A stretch of 26,067 nt of DNA. Source: Octopus sinensis (taxonomy: Eukaryota). Below are positions 11,024-20,529 of the stretch, one piece after another. The translations under genes were made by a program, and so were the position numbers. Within the stretch, counting starts at the first letter, position 1; every line of letters starts with the position of its first letter. The notes under the pieces were generated by a model. It did no database searches, was not told the origin of the DNA, and saw only the letters and a program-made list of their open reading frames with translations. The stretch spans positions 1-26,067 of the forward strand of contig NW_021835597.1 in the NCBI RefSeq assembly GCF_006345805.1, in the 5' to 3' direction.

Positions 11024-11623
11024 GGAAATCCGTTGGAAAAACAAAAACAGAACAAGGCGGAGCAAAAAACAAATCGAACTGTGCTCCTAAGAGCCCATGG
11101 CGAAACTGTTTATCATTGTATGTTGAGAACCGGTGGCTGAAGAATTCAACGGGTCAGGCATCGGTCAATCATGTGGGTGAGGGTGTATAGATGTTCTTTG
11201 TGACCGAGAATAAAGTTCTGACTATTTAAGGAATATTGGATGTTTTATAAGGGGCGAGAAAAAATCTACTTAGAGACGTGTGTGTGTGTATACTGTTCTA
11301 TAATATGTGTGTGTGGCGTAGGGGTAGAAAACATTTTTTTTGTACGTGTGTGCGTTTGATCGTTCGGCTGTCAGTGGCTACTGCCGTGATAACCGTTGGT
11401 GGCAGAAAGAAAAAAATAAAAAAAATATATATATATTTTGTTTTATGTGTGTGTGTGTTCATCTAAGCCTGCCTTGTCAAGGAAACCCCCCGCTGTGAGA
11501 AAACCAAGCCCCGTTTGTCTTACAGGAGTAATTCCCCTTGCAGTGGTTAATCGTAGATATCTTAAGGCTATTTCAGATTTGTTACCAAGGGCTATGGGTG
11601 CCGGTATTATTTATAAACGCTAT

Positions 11624-12262
11624 TTAAAGGCCAGATATAGTGTAACGCCGCCAATGGGGGCATCGAAAAGCCGACTGTAAGAGCCCGTTTACCATCCGGC
11701 CTCTGGCAAACAAAATATGGAAGAGTTCGGAGACACAAAGGTTGCACTGTCTTCTGCCCCTATCAAATGGGAGGGCCACCGACAAAATTGACCATTCCAG
11801 CCTATAGCTTAAGTTCGCATCCTTCAGTCGCCATATTAGCTTACTGAGTCCCGTGGTCTGGCGCTTGTTCACGTCCCGAAAAGTTGCGTAATGGTTGGAG
11901 ACACGCAAAGACAATCTTGAGGATGATGCCCCTACATAAGTGAAGGCATCTGAGTCCGTGTAAACCTTGCATTGGTAGACGGCGTTTTTGATCTTGGAGT
12001 TCGCCGACGTGAATCTTAATCTGCTAGGATTAGTTTCTGAAATTAGAACTGCGTTCCTGTCACTATATTCGTTCCGAGACCTGCAGCCGCTTACTACTCT
12101 ATTTTCCACTACGTCACTATTAACTATAGGAATAACCCCTGATTCTCCACTATCTATCAGAGTGCTGTCATTGCTACTGCCCGTGGTACTGCTATTGCGG
12201 GAAATGATGCTGGGGATGCTAATGGGGCTCTCTACCCTACTCCCATTATTACCGTCAACCAC
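11624..12262 (-). pseudogene. PLE GIY-YIG endonuclease fragment
   Basis: AVYQ...TYVG, RVSNH, TGLSKLIWRLK, LEWSIL, CNLCVSE (CxxC plus catalytic E), MVN, CPH. Confidence 0.88.
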
Positions 12263-12278
12263 ACACCCCTATTTATAA

Positions 12279-12620
12279 CTATACCCCTAGTGGGTACTCC
12301 CTGGCTGAGCTGAGATTATGTGTCACTGTACTGGCTCTCATATCATTATTACTACTATAATTATTCCTACTGAGCATTAAACCGGGAGCGGAAGAGGCTG
12401 TGCCTCCGGAAAAGGGTGATAGGGTCTTAGTAAGTAGCCTATTATTATGGGAGGCGATTATCTGGGCGAGGTTTTTAGTGTTGGAGAAAGCTATCCTAAC
12501 TTTATGTGAGTTAACCGTGGAGTAATATTTAGAATTTCTGGGGAAGTTATTGGCGATGGCTTGTCTAAACATGAGGGGGAGGTTAGTTCTAATCTGCTTA
12601 CCAAAGGGGATACAAACCAT
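12279..12620 (-). pseudogene. PLE RT-EN linker fragment
   Basis: (HIWFV in an alternative frame, frameshift at ~12609-12610) PFGKQIRTNL...NNFPRNSKYYSTVNSHKVRIAFSNTKNLAQIIASHN resembles the WFNPP...KHFP...K(L/V)SYSCxxN...I..HN linker of this PLE type. Confidence 0.8.
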
Positions 12621-12800
12621 ATATGCTTATTCCTATCAGTGTGATGGGTCGGGACGCCAGCTCTCGCATTCGGGTGGGTGATTCTCGGATGAATAACGGG
12701 TCTTGGGTTAGTGTAAGACCTCCGGACCGATAATTATCCTTGTTCGCTAAATTAAATGCGGGAGCGACTACCCCGGCATCCGCCGCGCTCCCGTCCTTAC

Positions 12801-13460
12801 TTAAAATGTTAATGTTATTATATGATGACCGAATGATGGCATCGGAAGGGCCGGATCAATATAAATTACCTTCTGCCTATAACCGGCCTTGGATAGTGCG
12901 GCGTTATAAAATTCCGCTTTCTGCATAAAAATATCGGCACTGGCGGACAAGCCAGACAATCTTAGAGAGATGTTTTTAACCAAATTGTTTGTTACGGTTT
13001 TGGCATGATTTGAGAAGACACTGACATACTTCAAATTAGTGGAAGGCTTATGGTAAGGGCAGTATGAGTCGCTATTAAGGTTAAGTGTAACGTCTAGGAA
13101 ATTAGCCTTGGTGAGTTCATTATCAAAAACTATACTCATGCCCATTCTATTAAAAAACCTAGCTAACCTGCTCTTAGTTTTCTGCACTATTCTGTTCGTG
13201 GTGTTTTGCAGGTAAAACAGACAATCGTCACGATACAGGCCGCCCGCGATCTCCGGGAATTGGTCGGACAATTCGTAGAGAATATATATTCCGACCAAAT
13301 CGGCTATCTGCGCACTATCCGAACTACCCATAGGCACATCAAATTCATTGGGAGTATCTTTACGGATCCACAACTTATTATCAAACTTAATAAACGATTT
13401 CCTGGCAACTAAAATGATATCTATCTCTTCTCTGGTGAGGCCAGCCTTGTTGTACTTCAT
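12801..13460 (-). pseudogene. PLE reverse transcriptase fragment (mid-palm to thumb)
   Basis: FDVPMGSSDSAQIADLVGIYIL, GLYRDDCLF (YxDD), NFLDVTLNL, PYHKP, SNH, FYNAALSKAGY. The N-terminal RT motifs are missing. The ATG lies inside the terminal inverted repeat, so it is not the native start. Confidence 0.9.
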
Positions 13461-13655
13461 TTCTTCAATTCACCAATAATGTTTTAATTTCAATTATCCG
13501 CACCAACGCACGGTTGCAACGCCAGATGGTTGTACCTCCAACCGTGCTGTTTACTGCTGTGATTTTTGCTACTAAGGTATCGGTTAAACTTTTGATTAAT
13601 CTACTACAAGATTATTCATCTTTCTATTTCACATAATATATATGTATATATATAT

Positions 13656-13861
13656 AAAGTTAATCCAAACAAGAAAGCACATAAAAAACACAACAACGCG
13701 AGGACGTGGAACAAATATAGTATTATTGGACGCTCAGGAAAGAAAGAAAGAAGGAGGGTTTAACGTTTCGAGCGGAGCTCTTCGTCGGAAACATAGAAGA
13801 AGGAAAGATCCAGAGAAGGGAAGACAGAGGAAAAAAATCGCCAATGGTACACACGAGGTCA
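13656..13861 (-). mobile_element. Short non-coding PLE-pLTR-like repeat between (TA)-rich microsatellites
   Basis: Contains minimal HHR2; flanked on both sides by atatatatac-type SSR. Confidence 0.6.
13758..13792 (-). ncRNA. Minimal type I hammerhead motif (HHR2, 35 nt)
   Basis: Minus strand: GUUU CCGACGA A GAGC-UCC-GCUC GAAA CG UU AAAC. Stem I GUUU/AAAC; stem II 4 bp; stem III reduced to the palindrome ACGU; GUU site. Variants: U4C and an extra A after A9. Confidence 0.65.
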
Positions 13862-13878
13862 TATATATACATATATAT

Positions 13879-13950
<72 letters not shown>

Positions 13951-14214
13951 TCAGTATTCAAAATCAAAGGCCGCATGAAAAAAATAATACTCGCTAAATC
14001 CCAAAGAATCCGTTGGTGTAAAAGAACGACAGAGAACAAATAATAGTTCGACTCTAACCTTAAAATGAATTTATGAAGAATTTGGTAAAAATAACATAGA
14101 AATAAGGGGTCCTCCACGGCCGCAGTTAAATGACCTGAAACAAGTAAAAGAATAAAGGAATAAAGAAAATAAGGCAGCACCTTATTATAAGGGAAGTATA
14201 AGAATTGTATAGAA

Positions 14215-14383
14215 GGCGTAGGAGTGGCTGTGTGGTAAGTAGCTTGCTTACCAACCACATGGCTCCGGGTTCAGTCCCACTGCGTGGCACCTTGGGCAAG
14301 TGTCTTCTACTATAGCCTCGGGCTGATCAAAGCCTTGTGAGTGGATTTGGGAGATGGAAACTGAAAGAAGCCCGTCGTATATT

Positions 14384-14414
<31 letters not shown>

Positions 14415-14643
14415 ATGTTTGTGTGTCTGTGTTTGTCTCCCCAACATCGCTTGACAACCGATGCTGGTGTATTTACGTTCCCGTAACTTAGCGGTTCGGC
14501 AAAAGAGACCGATAGAATAAGTACAAGGCTTACAAAGATTACAAAGAATAAGTCCTGGGGTCGATTTACTCGACTTAAAAAGGCAGTGCTCCAGCATGGC
14601 CGCAGTCAAAATGACGGAAACAAATAAAAGAACAAAGGAATAA
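14215..14643 (+). mobile_element. Full-length CORE-like SINE family B (tRNA head, CORE-like region, internal (GT)n, LINE-like tail); probably related to the published octopus OR-type SINEs
   Basis: ggcgtaggagtggctgtgtggtaag (A-box-like), gggttcagtccc (B-box-like), caccttgggcaagtgtctt (CORE-like), (GT)n at ~14388-14420, tail ggcagtgctccagcatggccgcagtc. Confidence 0.85.
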
Positions 14644-14887
14644 GTGTATGGACAGCGACGGCACCATCACGGATGACTGTATTCAAAACAGCGACATCGG
14701 AACACGAATCGTAGAAGGCTAGAGTAACAGATGCGGGCCAAACGGTGCAAGCACACACACAGACACAAACAAAATCCTCCATGACATAAGATTCCAAGCA
14801 TTTCTGGTTAAACATTTATCAGAAGTAATAATAAATCTCTGAACGAGATGTAAACAGTAACTGCACGACAATGTAAGGAATATTTGA

Positions 14888-15323
14888 CATCTGAATATGG
14901 CTAACCACTAAGGGTGGGTGTTACTGTAGCTTGTAGCCCCAGGAGAACATCGTCTCCAGCTGGCTTTAGGCACACTTTCTGTGCCCTTATGGAATTTGCA
15001 AAGGGAGGTCATCCCTCTCTCGTAAACCTAAGTGACACGCACGGACTGCAGTTTCTAGGTATTTGCCTGTCTTCAGCGTACGACAATCACCGGTTTTCGA
15101 TGAAGGGAGTCCCAATGCAAATCCTTATATTTGCCTGAAGACACGCAAATACCTAGAAACTGCAGTCCGTGCGTGTCACTTACGTTTACGAGAGAGGGAT
15201 GACCTCCCTTTGCAAATACCATAAGAGCACAGAAAGTGTGCCTAAAGCCAGCTGGAGACGATGTTCTCCTGGGGCTACAAGCTACAGTAACACCCACCCT
15301 TAGGAGTTAGCCATATTGAGATG
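14888..15323. mobile_element. 436-bp fold-back element: two ~189-bp inverted arms with a 58-bp spacer, HHR-bearing (probably PLE-pLTR derived)
   Basis: Arm 14888-15076 is the reverse complement of 15135-15323 with few mismatches; the ORF track shows near-identical peptides on opposite strands. Confidence 0.9.
15038..15082 (-). ncRNA. Type I hammerhead motif (HHR3, 45 nt)
   Basis: Minus strand: CGUACG CUGAAGA C-AGG-CAAAUA-CCU-A GAAA C-UGCA-G UC CGUGCG. 6-bp stem I (one G-U), perfect core, palindromic UGCA loop III, GUC site; C10.1-A11.1 mismatch. Confidence 0.75.
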
Positions 15324-15635
15324 GCTAGTATAACTTACATTTATCAGAAACGTTTATCAAATTAAAGACTAGATTAGGGAGGAATGTTATAGACGTCTTA
15401 GGTTAATGCTAATTAAACAAAGCTAAATGCCAAAAAAAAAATTAAAAATATAAGCAGATAGTCATCAATACATTGGTTGATGCCAATGCGAAGTTTGTCG
15501 CAATAGTTTCTGCTAGATGTCAAGTGAACTGGACAGAAACAACAACAGCCACAACGGTGGCATTTGAAGATAAAGAACGGAAGAAATGATACAAACCATT
15601 TTCCCCAGCGCAGTAAATAATTCTGCCACCTCACC

Positions 15636-15646
<11 letters not shown>

Positions 15647-15696
<50 letters not shown>

Positions 15697-15835
15697 TGAT
15701 GATGATGATGATAATAATAACAACAACAACAACAACAACAACAAAAACAACAACAACAACAACAACAATAACGATAATAATAATAATATAATAACAACAA
15801 CAACAAAAACAACATCAACAACAACAACAATAACG

Positions 15836-15880
<45 letters not shown>
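15647..15880. repeat. (AAT)n/(GAT)n/(AAC)n compound microsatellite
   Basis: Read directly. Confidence 0.95.
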
Positions 15881-15882
<2 letters not shown>

Positions 15883-15951
15883 CTTTCGCTCGCCCTAGGA
15901 CGCTGGGTGTGTCTCGGCGAGTGATTTTAACAAACATGCAGATTGAAAGTA

Positions 15952-15997
<46 letters not shown>

Positions 15998-16302
15998 GCA
16001 AAAGGGGCTGATTGCTACCTAACTCAGACAACAGGAAACCCCATAATGGCAGAAATTCAAAAGATAGTACTCAAGGGAACTGCTCATATCCTACGCAAAA
16101 TACTTTCTATGTAATCTCAAGTTTTAAAACAAACATAATTTTCGTATGGTTTCATAAACATTCTCTAGAACAATACTATGTACAAAACCAAATATATGGC
16201 ACCCAAGGCATAACACCAACATGAACTTCCAACTTGTTGTCTCTTGAGATCTCTGGGTGAGACTTGGAGCCAACTTGTGCAAATGTAAAGCAGAAGTCAA
16301 AC

Positions 16303-16304
<2 letters not shown>
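15998..16304 (+). mobile_element. 3' end of an R4/Dong-like (restriction-like endonuclease) non-LTR retrotransposon inserted in (TAA)n
   Basis: 15998-16114 encodes AKGADCYLTQTTGNPIMAEIQKIVLKGTAHILRKILSM*, matching the (L/I)QKxxLxGTAxILRKxL C-terminus of R4-clade ORFs. About 190 nt of 3'UTR follows. (AAT)n lies on both sides. Confidence 0.7.
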
Positions 16305-16364
<60 letters not shown>

Positions 16365-16518
16365 TGGTGTATAAGTCTTGAAATGAGCTGTACCAGTAAT
16401 TCAAAAGGGCCGGCTTTGTCACATTCTGTCACGTCAAATCTCCCTGAGAACTACGTTGAGGGTACGCATGTCTGTGGAGTACTCAGTCACTTTCACGTTA
16501 ATTTCACGAACAATTTCT

Positions 16519-17109
16519 TATTTCTTTACTGCCCACAAGGGGCTAAACACAGAGGGGACAAACAAGAACAGATAAACGGATAAAGTCGATTACATCGACC
16601 CCAGTGCGTAATTGGTACTTTATTCAATCGACCCCGAAAGGATGAAAGGCAAAGTCGACCTCGGCGGAATTTGGACTCAGAACGTAACGGCAGGCGAAAT
16701 ACCTATTTCTTTACTACCCACAAGGGGCCACACACAGAAGGGACAAACAAGGACAGATAAACGGATTAAGTCGATTATGTCGACCCCAGTGCGTAATTGG
16801 TACTTAATTTATCGACCCCGAAAGGAGGAAAGGCAAAGTCGACCTCGGCGGAATTTGAACTGAGAACGTAACGGAAGACGAAATACCTATTTCTTTACTA
16901 CCCACAAGGGGCCACACACAGAAGGGACAAACAAGGACAGATAAACGGATTAAGTCGATTATGTCGACCCCAGTGCGTAATTGGTACTTATTTAATCGAC
17001 CCCGAAAGGATGAAAGGCAAAGTCGACCTTTGAACTCAGAACGTAACGGCAGACGAAATACCGCTAAGCATTTCGCCAGGCGTGCTAACGTCTCTGCCAG
17101 CTCGCCGCC
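16519..17109 (-). mobile_element. SINE family A: head plus 3 tandem bodies
   Basis: cgaaatac junction motifs at 16695, 16879 and 17054; head ...cgtgctaacgtctctgccagctcgccgcc ends at 17109. Confidence 0.92.
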
Positions 17110-17344
17110 TTTCTGATTAACTGGAACCCTCGCAACCGACGGAGGGCCAGCTGAGTTGATCTGACCCACAAACATAAAACCCGGAAAATCGTCCCCACTT
17201 GGATTAGATCCTGTAAATGGGTAAAATAAAGAAAGCTGCGAATCATTGTGAGTTGGATGTGTTACAATGTCGGCCAAACGCATTTAAACAATCAAAGCGA
17301 AAAATCGATTTGTTATGACAACACAAAGGCTAATGAATCACCGG

Positions 17345-17870
17345 CGGTGGTGGTAGTGGTGGTGGTTGTGGTAGTGGTGGTGGTGGTTGTGGTAGTGGTG
17401 GTGGTGCTAATTGTGGTAATGGCGGTGGTGGTTGTGGTGGTGGTGGTGCTGGTGGAATTGGTTGTGGTGGTGGCGGTGGTGGTTGTGGTAGTGGTGGTGG
17501 TGGTTGCGGTGGTGGTGGTTGTGGTAGTGGTGGCGGTGGTGGTGCTGGTGGTGCTGCTGGTTGTGGTAGTGGTGGCGGTGGCTGCGGTGGTGCTGGTAGA
17601 TGTTGTTGTGGTAGTGACAGTGGTGGATGTGGCGGTAGGGAAGACGACGGTTGTGATGATGATTTTAGTGGTGGAGGTGATGGTGGGGTGGGTGGGGTTG
17701 TAGTGATGGTGGCGGCGGTGACGGTAGCGGTGGTGCTGGTGTGGTGATGATGGTTGATGGTGGCGCTGGGAATGGTGGTGATGGTGATGGTGACGGTGAT
17801 GCTGGTGGCATCGGTGATAGTGATGCTGCTGCTGCTGGTGGTGGCGGTTGCGACGGCGGAGGCGATGGTG
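17345..17870. repeat. (GGT)n-based compound repeat
   Basis: Read directly; includes 21-bp ggtggtggttgtggtagtggt units. Confidence 0.9.
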
Positions 17871-17944
17871 CTGTCGGGGGTAGAAGATCGATTCCTTCAA
17901 GGAATGCAAATAACGGCAAAGCTATTCTGTTGGCTTTTTGAGAG

Positions 17945-17975
<31 letters not shown>

Positions 17976-18003
17976 CATCTATAACAAGGATTAAAAACCA
18001 TCT

Positions 18004-18400
18004 GCACCACCACCACCACCACCACTACCTCAACTACTACCACCACCACCACCACCACCACCACCACCACCACTACCTCAACTACCACCACCACTACCAC
18101 CACCACCACCACTACCTCAACCACCACCACCACCACTACCACCACCACCACCACCACCACCACCACCACTACCTCAACTACCACCACCACCACCACCACC
18201 ACCACTACCTCAACCCCACCACCACCACTACCACCACCACCACCACCACCACCACCACCACCACCACTACCACCACCATTACTACCACCACCACCACCAC
18301 CACCACCACCACTACCACCACCACCACCACCACCACCACCACCACTACCTCAACTACCACCACCACCACCACTACCACCACCATTACTACCACCACCACC
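18004..18400. repeat. (ACC)n repeat with six embedded ACTACCTCAAC motifs
   Basis: Motif at about 18023, 18072, 18111, 18168, 18204 and 18344. Confidence 0.9.
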
Positions 18401-18618
18401 GGTTATCAAGCGATGGTTGAGGACAAATAGACTCAAAGACGCTCGTGCATACACACAACACACACACCACACGACGGGCTTCTTTCAGTTTCCGTCTACC
18501 AAATCCACTCTCAAAGGCTTTGGTCTGTTCGAAGTTAAAATAGAAGACTCTTGCCCAAGGTGCCACCCAGTGGGGACTGAACCCGGTGTCACGTTACCAC
18601 ACAGCCACGCCTGGCGCC
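18398..18618 (-). mobile_element. SINE family B, 3'-truncated at the (ACC)n tract
   Basis: Reverse complement of head, CORE-like region, (GT)n and start of tail (catcgcttgataaccggt). Confidence 0.8.
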
Positions 18619-19817
18619 TGTATCAGCAAGAGGAAGAAAAAATAAACAAAAAGCACTACAACCACCACCACCACCACCATCACCGCAACCAGAACCACCA
18701 CTACCGCTCCATATTCACCGCAACCACCAGCGTTCCCATCACCACCATCACCACAACCACTGCCACCACTGTTACCATCCTCACCATCACCACCACCGTC
18801 ACCACCGTTCCCATCTCCATCAATACCACTACCACCACCGGCATCCTCATCCTTACCATCACCACCACCCCACCATCTCCCCCACCCCTCCCCCACCACT
18901 ATCACCACCATCTCCCCCCCCACTACCACCACCATCGTCCCCCCCACCACTACCACTCTCACCAAATGACGAACTAATTGCGAGAGTTTTACTTTTGATT
19001 TTGCTAATTACCTGAGACTTTGCCCGGGTTTTTTGATCTCACCTTGTTTTATTCAAGTCCCTCCTCTCAGCCCCTTCACCTTTCCATCCTCCTCTTCTTT
19101 CGCCCTCCTCCTCCTCCACCTCCTCCCTTCTTATCTCGTTTGTTCTGTTAGTAGTAATCGCGTTTGCGTGTTTGTCACTTTAGTGTATGCATGCGTATGT
19201 ACGTGTGTCTGTGTGCGACTGTATATGTATGTTCGTGTATGTGTCTGAGTGTGCGTATGTGTATACGTATGTGTGTGTATTTTTTGCTGAGTGTGTAAGA
19301 GTGCGTGTGTGTATGTGTGTGTATATTTGTGCCACAGTGTATAGGTGTGCCAATGTGTGTATGTGTATGTGTATGTGTGTGTGTATGTATTTTTGTGTGA
19401 TTGTGTGTACGTATATATGTGTGTGTGTGTGTGTGTGTATAAGTATAGGCGTATGAATATTTGTGCGACAGTGTATGTATATGCGTGCGAATGTATGTGT
19501 GTATGTGTATATGTACGTGCGTGCGTATGTGTGTGTGTGTGCGCGTGTGTGTGTGTGTGTGTGGTGTGTGTGTGCGATTGCCTATATGTAAGTATCAATG
19601 AGTGGGTGTGACTATGTCATCTTAAAGTGCTTAGTCAGAAAGGAAACCCATTGACCTTGACCTTTCGCAACGGTTTCCGAAACAGATGGCAGGAAGGAAG
19701 GAAAAAAGGAAGGAAAAGCATCATTGGACGAGGTCCCTGGTTCCAAAGTCTGGAACAGAGTGGACTCCTTCATCAAAGACACCAAAGTCCAGGTGATGGT
19801 CATAAGCTGGACGACTG

Positions 19818-19912
19818 AGCAGGAATGGCTGTGTGGTAAAGAAGCTTGGTTCTCAACCACATGGTTCCAGGTTCAGTTCCACTGTGTGGCACCTGGAGCA
19901 AGTGGCTTCTAC
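19818..19912 (+). mobile_element. SINE family B head, interrupted by the family A trimer
   Basis: gagcaggaatggctgtgtggtaaagaagc...ccaggttcagttcc...cacctggagcaagtggcttctac. Confidence 0.75.
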
Positions 19913-19918
19913 TAATAA

Positions 19919-20510
19919 GGTGGCGAGCTGGCAGAAACGTTAGCACGCCGGGCGAAATGCTTAGCGGTATCTCGTCTGCCGCTACGTTCTGAGTTCAAAT
20001 TCCGCCGAGGTCGACTTTGCCTTTCATCCTTTCGGGGTCGATAAATTAAGTACCAGTTACGCACTGGGGTCGATGTAATCGACTTAGTCCCTTTGTCTGT
20101 CCTTGTTTGTCCCTTCCGTGTTTAGCCCCTTGTGGGTAGTAAAGAAATAGGTATTTCGTCTGCCGTTACGTTCTGAGTTCAAATTCCACCGAGGACGACT
20201 TTGCCTTCATCCTTCCGGGGTCGATAAATAAAGTACCAGTTACGCACTGGGGTTGATATAATTGACTTAATCCTTTGTCTGTCCTTGTTTGTCCCCTCTG
20301 TGTTTAGCCCCTTGTGGGCAGTAAAGAAATAGGTATTTCGTCTGCCGTTACGTTTTGAGTTCAAATTCCGCCGAGGTCGACTTTGCCTTCATCCTTCCGG
20401 GGTCGATAAATAAAGTACCAGTTACGCACTGGGGTCGATGTAATCGACTTAATCCGTTTGTCTGTCCTTGTTTGTCCCCTCTGTGTTTAGCCCCTTGTGG
20501 CCAATAAAGA
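19919..20510 (+). mobile_element. SINE family A: head plus 3 tandem bodies
   Basis: Head ggtggcgagctggcagaaacgttagc; units start at 19967, 20151 and 20333; the last unit ends ggccaataaagaag. Confidence 0.92.
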
Positions 20511-20529
20511 AGTAAGCTGGACGATTGAG

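Larger units (their letters stand above)
10879..13476 (-). mobile_element. 5'-truncated Penelope-like retroelement (RT plus C-terminal GIY-YIG endonuclease; possibly Nematis-like clade)
   Basis: RT and GIY-YIG motifs below; HHR in the 3' region; 19-bp perfect inverted repeat at both ends; left end abuts a (TA)n tract. Clade assignment is tentative. Confidence 0.88.

Noticed and set aside
11988-12278. Antisense ORF over the PLE, and the RYLKA...MGA pseudo-repeat in ORF 11438-11680
   Set aside because: Shadow frames of the PLE; the nucleotide similarity between the two halves is weak.
13509-13546. cacggttg...caaccgtg 8-bp hairpin next to the PLE 5' junction
   Set aside because: Short, with no recognisable motif; it may be flank or pLTR remnant, which cannot be decided here.
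10872-13594. taaacttttg at 10872-10881 and 13585-13594 as a PLE target-site duplication
   Set aside because: The second copy is ~110 bp beyond the inverted repeat, and an AT-rich 10-mer can match by chance.
14812-15349. 13-bp direct repeat acatttatcagaa flanking the fold-back element
   Set aside because: Asymmetric distances from the arm ends (about 63 versus 13 bp) do not fit a TSD; cannot be resolved without other copies.
501-20510. Regularly repeated 184-bp units as a CRISPR array or tRNA gene cluster
   Set aside because: No unique spacers and no cas genes; eukaryotic context; the heads lack a full cloverleaf and continue into SINE bodies.
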